From a virus (lineage: Duplodnaviria; Caudoviricetes), in IMG/VR virus record IMGVR_UViG_3300025102_000100, positions 1 to 37,234 of that record: DNA of 37,234 nt. The stretch is one strand, 5' to 3'. Shown piece after piece: positions 1-8,884 of this stretch. The position numbers and the translations under genes are program-made. Below the pieces are notes generated by a model. The model saw only the letters and a program-made list of their open reading frames with translations. It was not told the DNA's origin and made no database searches. How positions within the stretch are numbered: position 1 is the stretch's first letter; the number at the start of each line of letters is the position of its first letter.

Positions 1-125
1 TTATAAACTTTTAGCTCATTAGCCGTCGTATCAAAATACAAATCCCCAACATCTAATGATGCTGTCGGTGCAGAAGATGCAATCCTATATCGTTCACCAA
101 AACTATTTACACCAGATAGATTTGA
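1..125. repeat. Terminal repeat X, identical to 36655-36779
   Basis: Direct base-by-base comparison; first mismatch at 126 (t) vs 36780 (c). Confidence 0.95.
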
Positions 126-1880
126 TGCAACTGTATTTACATTCGCTATCGCACCACCTACATTGTTTACATTTGTAACTGCACCAGCAACTGCTGTAAT
201 GTTTGAGTTAGCACTAGCTACTGTGCTTATATTTGAATTTGCAGTAGCAACTGTGTTTATATTAGAAATAGCTCCAGCAACTGTATTTATATTTGTAAGA
301 CCACCAGCAGTTGTGTTTACATTTGCTATAGATCCAGCAACGAGCGACACGTTACTATCTTTAACAGTAATTGTGTTACCCATAGCATTTCCGTGAACGT
401 AGCAGTAATATCGCAACCCGGTGCTAGGCGCAGTTGATGCCACCTCAATCTGAACTTTACGATCGCCGGAACTACGACCAGCGTTAAAGGTTGTTACGTT
501 AACAAAGTTAGATTGCGTTGCTGACGATCCATTAAGAAAGTACGTAACCCCAGTTTCATATGCTGAACTACCATTCTTAAATACTAATGGATGTCCATCA
601 ACAGAACTATCATTCAAATTGAATATATACGTATTTCCTCTAAACATTTCGATTGCTGGATAATTAACACCATCGAGCAGAAATACATTTACTCCACCAA
701 CATTTGCTACTGTGACTGTGTATGTTTTTTCTAGTGAGTTCGCCAAGGACGTTACATCACTGGATATATTTGCAATTGTGGTAATATCTGATGATATTGG
801 ACCGAGTGATCCTATGTTAGACGCTTGACCTGATACATTTGACAGATGCGTTGCGTTTACTCCAGCAACAGTCGTCACGTCACTAGATATGCCAGCTACT
901 GTTGTAATATGACCTTGCTCTGTGCTTGTTGGTTTTACATCTACCCAAGCAGATCCGTTATATACTTTGACACCACTAGATGTATTGAAGTACAAATCAC
1001 CAGCGTCTAAGTTTGATGTCGGATCAGAACTCGCAGCCCCGTGGTATTGATTAGTAAATGTAGTTAATGTGTTAGCGGCAGATGTTGCTGAGTTTGCACT
1101 TGCCGTTGCCGAATTTGCTGCTGCCGTTGCACTTGTTGCGGCTGCGTTCTGACTTGTCGTTGCTGATGCTGCATCCACTATAAGAGTATACTTTGCACTG
1201 TTTGCATTTGTTGTGAGTGGTTGTGCACCAGAGCTTGTGTGCGCTTCATTTACTATAAATATATTATTAGTGCTTGTATCTTTAACCAAATCCCGGACAG
1301 CGTAAGCAGTACTTGTTGCCCAATTACCAGTAAATGTACCGAGCTCTTGCGTAATAGATAAATTACCAGAACTGTCGAAAGCAAATATCTTGTCAGCTCT
1401 ATCTGTTGCCGATAACGTAAATGTTGACCCAGTAAGCGTATTACCAACTGACGCTTTGATAGATCTGTCTATCTGTTCTTGTAGTTGTTGTGTTATGAAT
1501 GTTAATCTATCTAATGCGTTTTCATGGTCTGTACTGCTAAACGGATCATTCTCAATATAATCAGTGCCTTGAGTAAGCGTAAGTTTTCTGTTGATGATGA
1601 CAGTAGTACCGTTAGCTGGTCTGTGATCTGTTGAACCGTCGTAGTGTGCGTCCCCACTATTGCCTGTATTGAATTTAAATAGAATATTACCACCACTGTC
1701 ATTACCAGCATTTGTGACAATGTAATTGGTATTCAACGTTTGTACGGTTTCAGTACCCGCACTTGTTCGGACAATGACTTCTAAGTCGGCATCAGCAAAT
1801 ATCTTAAACGAGTAAGCAAATTGGTGTGTTGACCCATTAGCCGAAAAGCTGACCTTTGTTGTACTACTAGATACCGTCAT
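1..1880 (-). CDS. Tail fibre protein, 5' part (T7 gp17-like N-terminal anchor); runs off the left end and continues in frame at 36654->35832 (~900 aa, or ~944 aa with the other allele)
   Basis: Not in the ORF track because it has no stop in the window. ATG at 1880 overlaps the upstream stop (ATGA). Translates MTVSSSTTKVSFSANGSTHQFAYSFKIFADADLEVIVR...DPFSSTDHENALDRLTFITQQLQEQIDRSIK, then Ala/Ser-rich coiled coil and decad repeats. Frame matches ELKVYKSSGW of the 35832 ORF. Confidence 0.9.
   Translation of the reverse strand, partial: MTVSSSTTKVSFSANGSTHQFAYSFKIFADADLEVIVRTSAGTETVQTLNTNYIVTNAGNDSGGNILFKFNTGNSGDAHYDGSTDHRPANGTTVIINRKLTLTQGTDYIENDPFSSTDHENALDRLTFITQQLQEQIDRSIKASVGNTLTGSTFTLSATDRADKIFAFDSSGNLSITQELGTFTGNWATSTAYAVRDLVKDTSTNNIFIVNEAHTSSGAQPLTTNANSAKYTLIVDAASATTSQNAAATSATAAANSATASANSATSAANTLTTFTNQYHGAASSDPTSNLDAGDLYFNTSSGVKVYNGSAWVDVKPTSTEQGHITTVAGISSDVTTVAGVNATHLSNVSGQASNIGSLGPISSDITTIANISSDVTSLANSLEKTYTVTVANVGGVNVFLLDGVNYPAIEMFRGNTYIFNLNDSSVDGHPLVFKNGSSAYETGVTYFLNGSSATQSNFVNVTTFNAGRSSGDRKVQIEVASTAPSTGLRYYCYVHGNAMGNTITVKDSNVSLVAGSIANVNTTAGGLTNINTVAGAISNINTVATANSNISTVASANSNITAVAGAVTNVNNVGGAIANVNTVASNLSGVNSFGERYRIASSAPTASLDVGDLYFDTTANELKVY
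322..448. repeat. Terminal repeat Y (127 bp), identical to 37108-37234
   Basis: Direct comparison; the 127 bp length is typical of an assembler k-mer overlap. Confidence 0.95.
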
Positions 1881-4800
1881 CTCATGTTCCTCTTAAATGA
1901 TTTCATTTCTGCTTTCTGCTCATCGTCATGCTTGTCTAGCTTGCGCTTGTACTTTCTACCGATTGAAGATCTTTTCAAAAATTCTTTCAGACCTTTGCGC
2001 CTGGCTTGCAGAACCTCTAAATCAAACATTGTTTCTATTTCTTGATACGCTAATTGACTACCTGTCTCTAAATACAGGTCTTTAAGCTTGTTATATTTTC
2101 TTATGTTGTTTGGCTTTCGATACCACTTCTTTAGTTCCTTAGTGGTTTCTGCACCGATAATCATGTGATATTCGTTACGTTCTTCTAATGTCAGAGGGAC
2201 ATCTGCATTAATTTCCATTGGCATTTTGCTTGGGCCATACTCAACGGCTACAAACAATTCGTCCATCTTATATGTAAACTCAACGTTTTTCTCACCGACC
2301 AACATCTTGTTAGGGCCACGATGACTAGAGTAAATAGGGCTAATCATATCAGGACCATATGCACCAGATAAAAATATAGGTTGTCCCCATATGTTACGTC
2401 GTGGTGGCAAGTCCTTAGATAATCCCGGTATCTGTGCTCTGATAGTGTCTAGAAATGTACGCACATCGCGCACAATTGGATCACCTTTTATACCTAATGG
2501 CACACCAAATACATCGAGATCTGGGAAACCAATACCAGTCTTTTTATACTGTGAAGCAAAACGCGGTACTAAACTACGTTGGAAACTTTCTAGCGTCATG
2601 CCACCGTAACGCTCTGGATCTTGCAACATATCAATTAGATTACTAAATCCAGACATAAACGTCTTATCAGTCATTTGGTTGCTAACCGCTATGGCTACAC
2701 CTAAAGATAACTTTTGCCATTCGTCAATTGAAGATATATCAGATGGCATACCTGTTTCGGCAACATCTGCCGCCAAACCTAAAATACTAGAAAACGGCTC
2801 AGCACCCGCATAGCTGTAGTATTTATCTCCTATTCGTATTGAATACGGTTGCCAATTCACTCTTCTTAACGAGTCTTTATACTCAAAATCTTCTGGCCCA
2901 CCCCCGGTTATTCTTCCTTGTGCTGCATACATAGCAACTAATCCAGCCGTCATTGATCCCATGCTTAACTTAGCTACGGCACTATCGGCGGCAGCTCTCT
3001 GTCCAGAAGACGCATCATCACGGTATCCTGTGCGTATGGTGTTTCTCAAATCAGCACTAAACAAACCTAGTGGTGAGCGTTCTTTAAAAGCATATTTGAA
3101 TGCGTTATAGGGCGTTTTGAAGAACGGTACGAAAAAGCGTAAGTACGGTAGCTCTCTTAAATTCTGTAAATTCTTACCCGCTTTATCAACGTGTGATTGT
3201 AAGGTCACATAACGCGCATGGTCATCAGCTAATTCGATTGCTTCTTTTGGTGGGTTGTAAACGTAGTTTGCTACAAACTCGCCAAAGTTCTCTCCTTGTA
3301 AATTTCTTGTTTTTGCTTCTCTAAATGCTTGTTGGTACAACGACATACGTTGCCCTATTACCTTAAAATAGGTGTCTTCGAACTCTAAAGCTCTTGTTGG
3401 TATACGTCCTAGTGTTGCAATGTTGCCAGCCGTGTTGATTGCTGTAGACGATATATTACTCACCGTGCCCATAGTGAGCATTGAACCTAGAGAGTCTACG
3501 GCATTGCCCATCGTACCAAGCTCAAACGCTTCGGCACTGAATGCTTTTTCGTGCCTTTTGCCTTGTGTGTACTCAATCTTAGAACCAAATATCGGAGTCT
3601 CACCTGTTCTGTATACCGTTGCTGCCGCTTTCCATGCTTCCCCAAACGCCATAAAAGCACCGAAAAGCTCTGCATTGGCTTCTCCAAACTGCACACCACC
3701 CTTTTGATTGAATACATTTCTACGTACTGAGCCCGCAACTGCCGCACCATATGTTTCCGGCACATGGGCAAAGGTTGTTAGAAAAGCACCAGATACGTTT
3801 TTTATATGTGTTATAGGCGAACTGAGAAGCATATTGATCCATGCTTCATAGAATGCATCAACTGATTTACCCATGAGCCCACGTCGACCCCTGGCTAACT
3901 GCGCCTTTTGTTCAGGTGTTTCTGCTTGTCTGTAGAGAGTAGCCATTATTTTCATGTCTTCTAGGCCACCGTATTGATCTAGCAACGCTGTTATATCTTT
4001 ATTTATTATGTCTTTCTGTGCGGCGTTTGTTTGCTTTACTGGGATTTTAAACTGTCCTAGTGCCCTAGCAATCTCTGTCTGTGATCCTTTTATTTGCAGT
4101 TGTACCTGACTAACAAGCTCAAACTGTTGTCGAAAAGCTAATGCATCGCGTTCGTTACCTGTTTCTGCTTTTATAGCTAACTCGTCTAACTTACTGATTT
4201 CATTAACTAATAGCTCTCTTGACGCAAGCATGGTTTCTGCAAGACCCATGCCCTCAAACTCTATGACCTGTCCCCTCTTACGTCCTAATATATTATTTAT
4301 AAGAACCTGTGGTGATGTGCCGACGATATCGGCAAGGTCTTGTAAGGTTTCGTTAGTAATCTCACCACGTTTCGCTTCGTTTATTTTACCTTTATGTGTC
4401 TGCGATATTGCTTCTATGTTGGTGAGGATAGACTGCTCGTTAGGTAATTTATCATCGCCTTGTGACCCGGTAACTCTAAAATCTGTAAGTAATCCTTTTT
4501 TTGGCTCTACTTGTACTTTTCTATTATCAAGAAACTCTTGTGCTTTGGCATCGCGTTCGTCTTTGTCTTTGCTTTGCCCAATCATAATCTCAGACGGATT
4601 GACGTCTTTTTCTTTGACTGTCCGTATGGTTGCGCCTTTTTCTTTCTCTTCTACTAGAGGACGCAAGAATGGAGGAATAAATATATCCTCTACATCCATC
4701 GCTTCACGTTGGCCAGATTGGAGCTCTTTTGTAAACTTACGACTAGAAAACAAGTCTTTGCCAAAAAACGTGTTGCCTATAAAGTTTCCTAGCTTGCCAC

Positions 4801-4930
4801 CAAATCGACCAAGGTTCAAAGATGCAAGTTGTGTAGGTTCTTCTTGCCCAGGTTGTTCTTTCAGTGGTTCAGTCAAACCACCGCTGAGCAAAGACGTACC
4901 CGCCTTGCTTTCGTTATCCGTTAATGCCAT
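1877..4930 (-). CDS. Large internal virion / ejection protein (1017 aa), large-polyvalent-protein-like C-terminus
   Basis: Position just before the tail fibre, as for T7 gp16. Motifs FVPFFKTPYN, GRITGGGP, WQPYSIRIGDKYYSY..EPF and LPPRRNIWG are typical of phage internal virion proteins. Confidence 0.7.
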   Translation of the reverse strand: MALTDNESKAGTSLLSGGLTEPLKEQPGQEEPTQLASLNLGRFGGKLGNFIGNTFFGKDLFSSRKFTKELQSGQREAMDVEDIFIPPFLRPLVEEKEKGATIRTVKEKDVNPSEIMIGQSKDKDERDAKAQEFLDNRKVQVEPKKGLLTDFRVTGSQGDDKLPNEQSILTNIEAISQTHKGKINEAKRGEITNETLQDLADIVGTSPQVLINNILGRKRGQVIEFEGMGLAETMLASRELLVNEISKLDELAIKAETGNERDALAFRQQFELVSQVQLQIKGSQTEIARALGQFKIPVKQTNAAQKDIINKDITALLDQYGGLEDMKIMATLYRQAETPEQKAQLARGRRGLMGKSVDAFYEAWINMLLSSPITHIKNVSGAFLTTFAHVPETYGAAVAGSVRRNVFNQKGGVQFGEANAELFGAFMAFGEAWKAAATVYRTGETPIFGSKIEYTQGKRHEKAFSAEAFELGTMGNAVDSLGSMLTMGTVSNISSTAINTAGNIATLGRIPTRALEFEDTYFKVIGQRMSLYQQAFREAKTRNLQGENFGEFVANYVYNPPKEAIELADDHARYVTLQSHVDKAGKNLQNLRELPYLRFFVPFFKTPYNAFKYAFKERSPLGLFSADLRNTIRTGYRDDASSGQRAAADSAVAKLSMGSMTAGLVAMYAAQGRITGGGPEDFEYKDSLRRVNWQPYSIRIGDKYYSYAGAEPFSSILGLAADVAETGMPSDISSIDEWQKLSLGVAIAVSNQMTDKTFMSGFSNLIDMLQDPERYGGMTLESFQRSLVPRFASQYKKTGIGFPDLDVFGVPLGIKGDPIVRDVRTFLDTIRAQIPGLSKDLPPRRNIWGQPIFLSGAYGPDMISPIYSSHRGPNKMLVGEKNVEFTYKMDELFVAVEYGPSKMPMEINADVPLTLEERNEYHMIIGAETTKELKKWYRKPNNIRKYNKLKDLYLETGSQLAYQEIETMFDLEVLQARRKGLKEFLKRSSIGRKYKRKLDKHDDEQKAEMKSFKRNMR

Positions 4931-4942
4931 GTGAATTCCAAT

Positions 4943-4967
4943 AAAAAAGGCAGCACAAATGGCTGCC
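4943..4967 (-). terminator. Rho-independent terminator-like hairpin
   Basis: Minus strand reads GGCAGC-catttgt-GCTGCC-TTTTTT. Confidence 0.6.
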
Positions 4968-5011
4968 GATTGTATGTAATACTATTCTATTTTCGCTACA
5001 TTGAAAACAAA

Positions 5012-8000
5012 TTAATTTTGATTTTCTTCTCCAGCCATCTGTGCACCAAGTATTGCAGAGCCACCTAATGCCATGCCACCTAGTTCAAATAACGGCATAC
5101 CACGTTTTACACTTTCGCGCATTTCGTCTGTAATTGGTATCTTGAGTAGCTTCTTATCTTTAGTTTTGGTAGGGTTCTGCACTATTCTGCCACCTTGTAA
5201 AACGTTTCCATACCTATCTTCCACACTATTTGCATCAGTTAGAAAACCAATATCTTCTGCATTTACAAGCTCTAGCTTTGCTTTCTTATCAAGTTGTTTC
5301 ACTACCTCTTTACCAGCTCTGACCGCACCATCTTTATAACGTCGCTCAAAAGGACCACGCATACGCTCACCCCATCTGGCAATCTGATCCTCTGGGCCAG
5401 TCATAATTATATATTTATGATCCTCATTAACAGCTCTGCGTACAAGTTGTTTTATAGTGAATTCCATAAAGTCTTGGTCTTTTTCAACAAATGGACCTCT
5501 TGGCACTGCGTCAATTTTTGCCTTTCTTTTTTCTATAAACTTTTGATCAGCTGGATTACGAAACTCAGCCACAATATCCAAAGCACTCTGATTCCCAACC
5601 ATCGCATTTTGGTAATCTTGATCATATATAGTATTAAACATATCTTTCATTAGATTATAGCGTTGCATATTATCCAGACCTGAAATAATGCTTCTTGCAA
5701 AATAGTTTGCTCTTGAGTCATCCATTGCGTTGGCAAAATCAAACACAGGCTCACCAAGTGTAAATTCGTCTGGAAGTGGGATACCTAACTCACGTAGTAG
5801 ATTTACATCATTAACTTTATTAAATACTTTCATAACTGAGTTTTCTAAAACTTTTTGAAACTGTTGATCATAATGGTCTACATAACTACCAATTCTATCT
5901 TTCGTTTCTTCGTCGTACTTACCACTATGCAACTCTTCTAAGAAATCATCATACGTAGCGTTAGGATCAAAAAACTTACTATCTCGACCCGCAACTGCAA
6001 AGAAATTACTTGGTGCTTTAGCCATTTCATCGTTTATCCTATTGATGAAAGATCCAGAAAAGTCTACTCCAGAAATATTTTCAAACGCACGGATTACAGA
6101 CAAGCTGCCTTCAAGATTTGGCCCTTTACCTTTTGGACCTCTATTAACTATGAACTCTCTAAAATTTTCTGCAAAGGTTTCAAGTAATTGCTTGGTGTCT
6201 TGTGTCAGTTTGTTATTTTCTGACATTATATTTCTTTGCTTTATATCTGTCTGCTCTCTAAGACTTGTTTGTGCTTTCTCTGCTTGTTCCCTAAGATCAA
6301 TCATATTATTAGCTCTTGCTAGGTTTTCTGGCGCAATCATGTTGTTACGCCCTTTCTGACCCCAATCCGTTTGTGCTTCGTGTGCATACATAAACTTATC
6401 GCCAGCCGGATCTACCCTGTCATCAATACGTGCATGACCTATCTGATTGATTTGTCCGTGGTGCGAGTAGTTTGCGCGTCCCAAACTACCTACTAATTGT
6501 GTAACTCTTTTACGCGAGTCACTAGAATCCATTAAGCGTTGCCCAGAATAAATTTCTAGTTCTTTGGCATTACGCTTACGTAATTCATTTTCTTTGAAAT
6601 ACAACTCGTTATGCTTTGCGTTTATAGTTTCTGCTGTAAGGTTATTTTCCGTTAGCCATTGTTGTTGTTCGCTTGGTGGCAAACTGCTGTACTCCTCCAC
6701 TTTTAACATAAAGTCTTGTAACTCTTTATGTGCTGCTTCTTGCTCTTTGACCATATCTATAAATTTATTCTTTACAAACTCAAGATCTGGATCACCTTTG
6801 TAATTTTCAATCTGAAACACAAGCTCTCGATAGTTTGATCCTCCCGGTAACTTGTAGCGTTCCCACTTTGCACTACCACCATATTCTGCTGTATCCTGAC
6901 CTGTTGCCGCATCGGCATCTTGTGCAACCAATCGCTCTTCCTCCGGCAGTTCTGGTATATACCCATAGTCCCTGGCGTGTTCTGTCGCTTGCACACTTAC
7001 TTCTTCTAGCGTTGCAATTTGTCCGTCTACAAACTCTCCTTGTGGACCAGTTAAAGAATAGCCGTTATCACGATTTCCATACACTTGATAGCCAAGTGCG
7101 TGTGTACCCATCATGCTTACATAATCGCCACCAATATATTCATTCATTGCTTGGTCATCAAAAAACTCGTCTATAAATGACGAGATATCAATATTTCTAC
7201 CAGTTGAATCGGTATAGAACATTTCCCCTTCTCGTAAAGCTTTTCGTGCTGCATTAAAATCATTTATATTAGTTTGATCTATACGGTCATTGGGCGTAAG
7301 CATATCAAGGGTAAATTCAATGTTTCTATCCATCAAGTCAGTATTGTTGAAACCAGTATAATACGCTGCATCACGAAACCCTATTTTGTGTAGCAAATCC
7401 GCTACTTCTAAATCCATAAAGCGTGACATTCTTTCGTTTGGATCAGTTCTATAAACGTCTATGTAATCCTGTGCCGCCTGTTCCCAATTACTTCTGTCAC
7501 GGTCTATTGCCAAATCCAAGTCTTCAAACACTACTGCGTCGGATCTATTAAGTTGCTCTGTTTCTGGAGGTTTTGTGAATTTTATTTCTTTAATATCTAC
7601 ATAGTTGTCTTTAATTGTCTGGATTAATTCCTCTTTCGTAATCTTTTTGTCGTTATTGAATTTATCTAAACCCAACCAATATAGTTCTTTTGGTTTGATG
7701 CTAAACTTGTTTTGTAGTTGTTGAATGAATTGAGCACCAGTACCTTTGTCCTGTTTAATGTTTTCAAGTGCTTCTTCTGCTTTAGAAAACATACCCACCC
7801 TATCAAGCTGTCGTTTAGACCCTCCAACGGCTTTGCCCATAGCTGCTAATCCTTTGTCGGCCATGTCCTCAAAGTCTGGGCCAGAACGTAACGTAACGCC
7901 TGTGTCTTTCTTACGTGCATCAATACGGAGTTGTGCCTTTTGTCCTTGATCGACCAACAAGTTTCTTAACGCTTTGACCGCATACGGACTATAGTTTTTG

Positions 8001-8884
8001 GCAGCCGTAGCTCCTACCCCTATTGCTCCAGTAAATGCAGCACCAGCACCCGCCGCAACACCCATACGACCAAAATCATATTCGCTCTGTGCGTCACCTT
8101 CTATAGCTATCGTTTGTCTAAGATAATCATCGGCTGCACCAAACAACGCACCTTCATACATAGCAACGGCATTTGGATGAAGAAGTTTTTTCAAGGTTTC
8201 TTTCATAGCACCTTTGCCAGCAGTGTTATAAAAGGTCTTGCCAAGCAATCCTACGCCAATAGTTCCCAATCCAGCATATGTTGTGGGATCGGTAGCCATA
8301 CCTTTGAAGAAACGCTTTGTGCCGTTCCACGTAAACATCGGCAACTTACCATATGTTTCCATAAGATAGTTAAAAGCCATCGCTGTTTCCGGGTTTTGCT
8401 TATGATACTTTTTTAGTCTGTAGACGTCATAACCTAAGTCAGTAATGTTATAATTTACATTACCAATTGTCTCGATACCCCATTGTGCAAAATCTTCCAT
8501 CGTTTGCGGACCTTGCTTGATCGTTGGACCATAGATCATATCGTTTACAGTAAAGGTTTCGTAATCTACCTTGTCGCTCTTATACATCTCATTATAAAGC
8601 ATCTTACTAGCTGCAGCCCACGCCAAGCCTTGCTTTGATTTCATATCAACAAGAGTGGTTTCTTTGACTGTACCGTCTTGTTGCTTCTCTATCTTCGGCA
8701 TAATATCTTTGCCTTGTGCGTTACCTTGATCAAACACATAGTCTAAATCTATAAGGTCAGCATCATACCCAACCGTCATCAATTGATCACGTTGCATATT
8801 TTTATACTCAATACGGTTGCGATTACCTGTTCTTAGCTCTCCAACACGTTGCAAGTAATCTTTTTGGTCATTGAATTCTTCCAT
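5012..8884 (-). CDS. Large internal virion / polyvalent protein (1290 aa)
   Basis: Position in the ejection-protein cluster. Conserved-looking blocks FSKAEEAL..KGTGAQF..IKPKELYWLGL, YKLPGGSNYRELVF and HARIDDR..MYAHEAQTDWGQKGR. Confidence 0.65.
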   Translation of the reverse strand: MEEFNDQKDYLQRVGELRTGNRNRIEYKNMQRDQLMTVGYDADLIDLDYVFDQGNAQGKDIMPKIEKQQDGTVKETTLVDMKSKQGLAWAAASKMLYNEMYKSDKVDYETFTVNDMIYGPTIKQGPQTMEDFAQWGIETIGNVNYNITDLGYDVYRLKKYHKQNPETAMAFNYLMETYGKLPMFTWNGTKRFFKGMATDPTTYAGLGTIGVGLLGKTFYNTAGKGAMKETLKKLLHPNAVAMYEGALFGAADDYLRQTIAIEGDAQSEYDFGRMGVAAGAGAAFTGAIGVGATAAKNYSPYAVKALRNLLVDQGQKAQLRIDARKKDTGVTLRSGPDFEDMADKGLAAMGKAVGGSKRQLDRVGMFSKAEEALENIKQDKGTGAQFIQQLQNKFSIKPKELYWLGLDKFNNDKKITKEELIQTIKDNYVDIKEIKFTKPPETEQLNRSDAVVFEDLDLAIDRDRSNWEQAAQDYIDVYRTDPNERMSRFMDLEVADLLHKIGFRDAAYYTGFNNTDLMDRNIEFTLDMLTPNDRIDQTNINDFNAARKALREGEMFYTDSTGRNIDISSFIDEFFDDQAMNEYIGGDYVSMMGTHALGYQVYGNRDNGYSLTGPQGEFVDGQIATLEEVSVQATEHARDYGYIPELPEEERLVAQDADAATGQDTAEYGGSAKWERYKLPGGSNYRELVFQIENYKGDPDLEFVKNKFIDMVKEQEAAHKELQDFMLKVEEYSSLPPSEQQQWLTENNLTAETINAKHNELYFKENELRKRNAKELEIYSGQRLMDSSDSRKRVTQLVGSLGRANYSHHGQINQIGHARIDDRVDPAGDKFMYAHEAQTDWGQKGRNNMIAPENLARANNMIDLREQAEKAQTSLREQTDIKQRNIMSENNKLTQDTKQLLETFAENFREFIVNRGPKGKGPNLEGSLSVIRAFENISGVDFSGSFINRINDEMAKAPSNFFAVAGRDSKFFDPNATYDDFLEELHSGKYDEETKDRIGSYVDHYDQQFQKVLENSVMKVFNKVNDVNLLRELGIPLPDEFTLGEPVFDFANAMDDSRANYFARSIISGLDNMQRYNLMKDMFNTIYDQDYQNAMVGNQSALDIVAEFRNPADQKFIEKRKAKIDAVPRGPFVEKDQDFMEFTIKQLVRRAVNEDHKYIIMTGPEDQIARWGERMRGPFERRYKDGAVRAGKEVVKQLDKKAKLELVNAEDIGFLTDANSVEDRYGNVLQGGRIVQNPTKTKDKKLLKIPITDEMRESVKRGMPLFELGGMALGGSAILGAQMAGEENQN

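Noticed and set aside
126-321. Invertase-driven tail-fibre shufflon
   Set aside because: The alternative segments are in the same orientation with direct flanks, there are no inverted recombination sites, and no serine invertase is present.
1-448. T7-style physical direct terminal repeats
   Set aside because: The repeats fall inside a coding gene, are about 127 bp (k-mer-like) and flank different inserts, which fits an assembly overlap/bubble better.
4230-4934. Long plus-strand ORFs opposite structural genes (e.g. 4230-4934, 18429-18896, 35962-36534, 163-396, 36787-37182)
   Set aside because: Antisense shadows of well-supported minus-strand genes, with no RBS or recognisable motifs.
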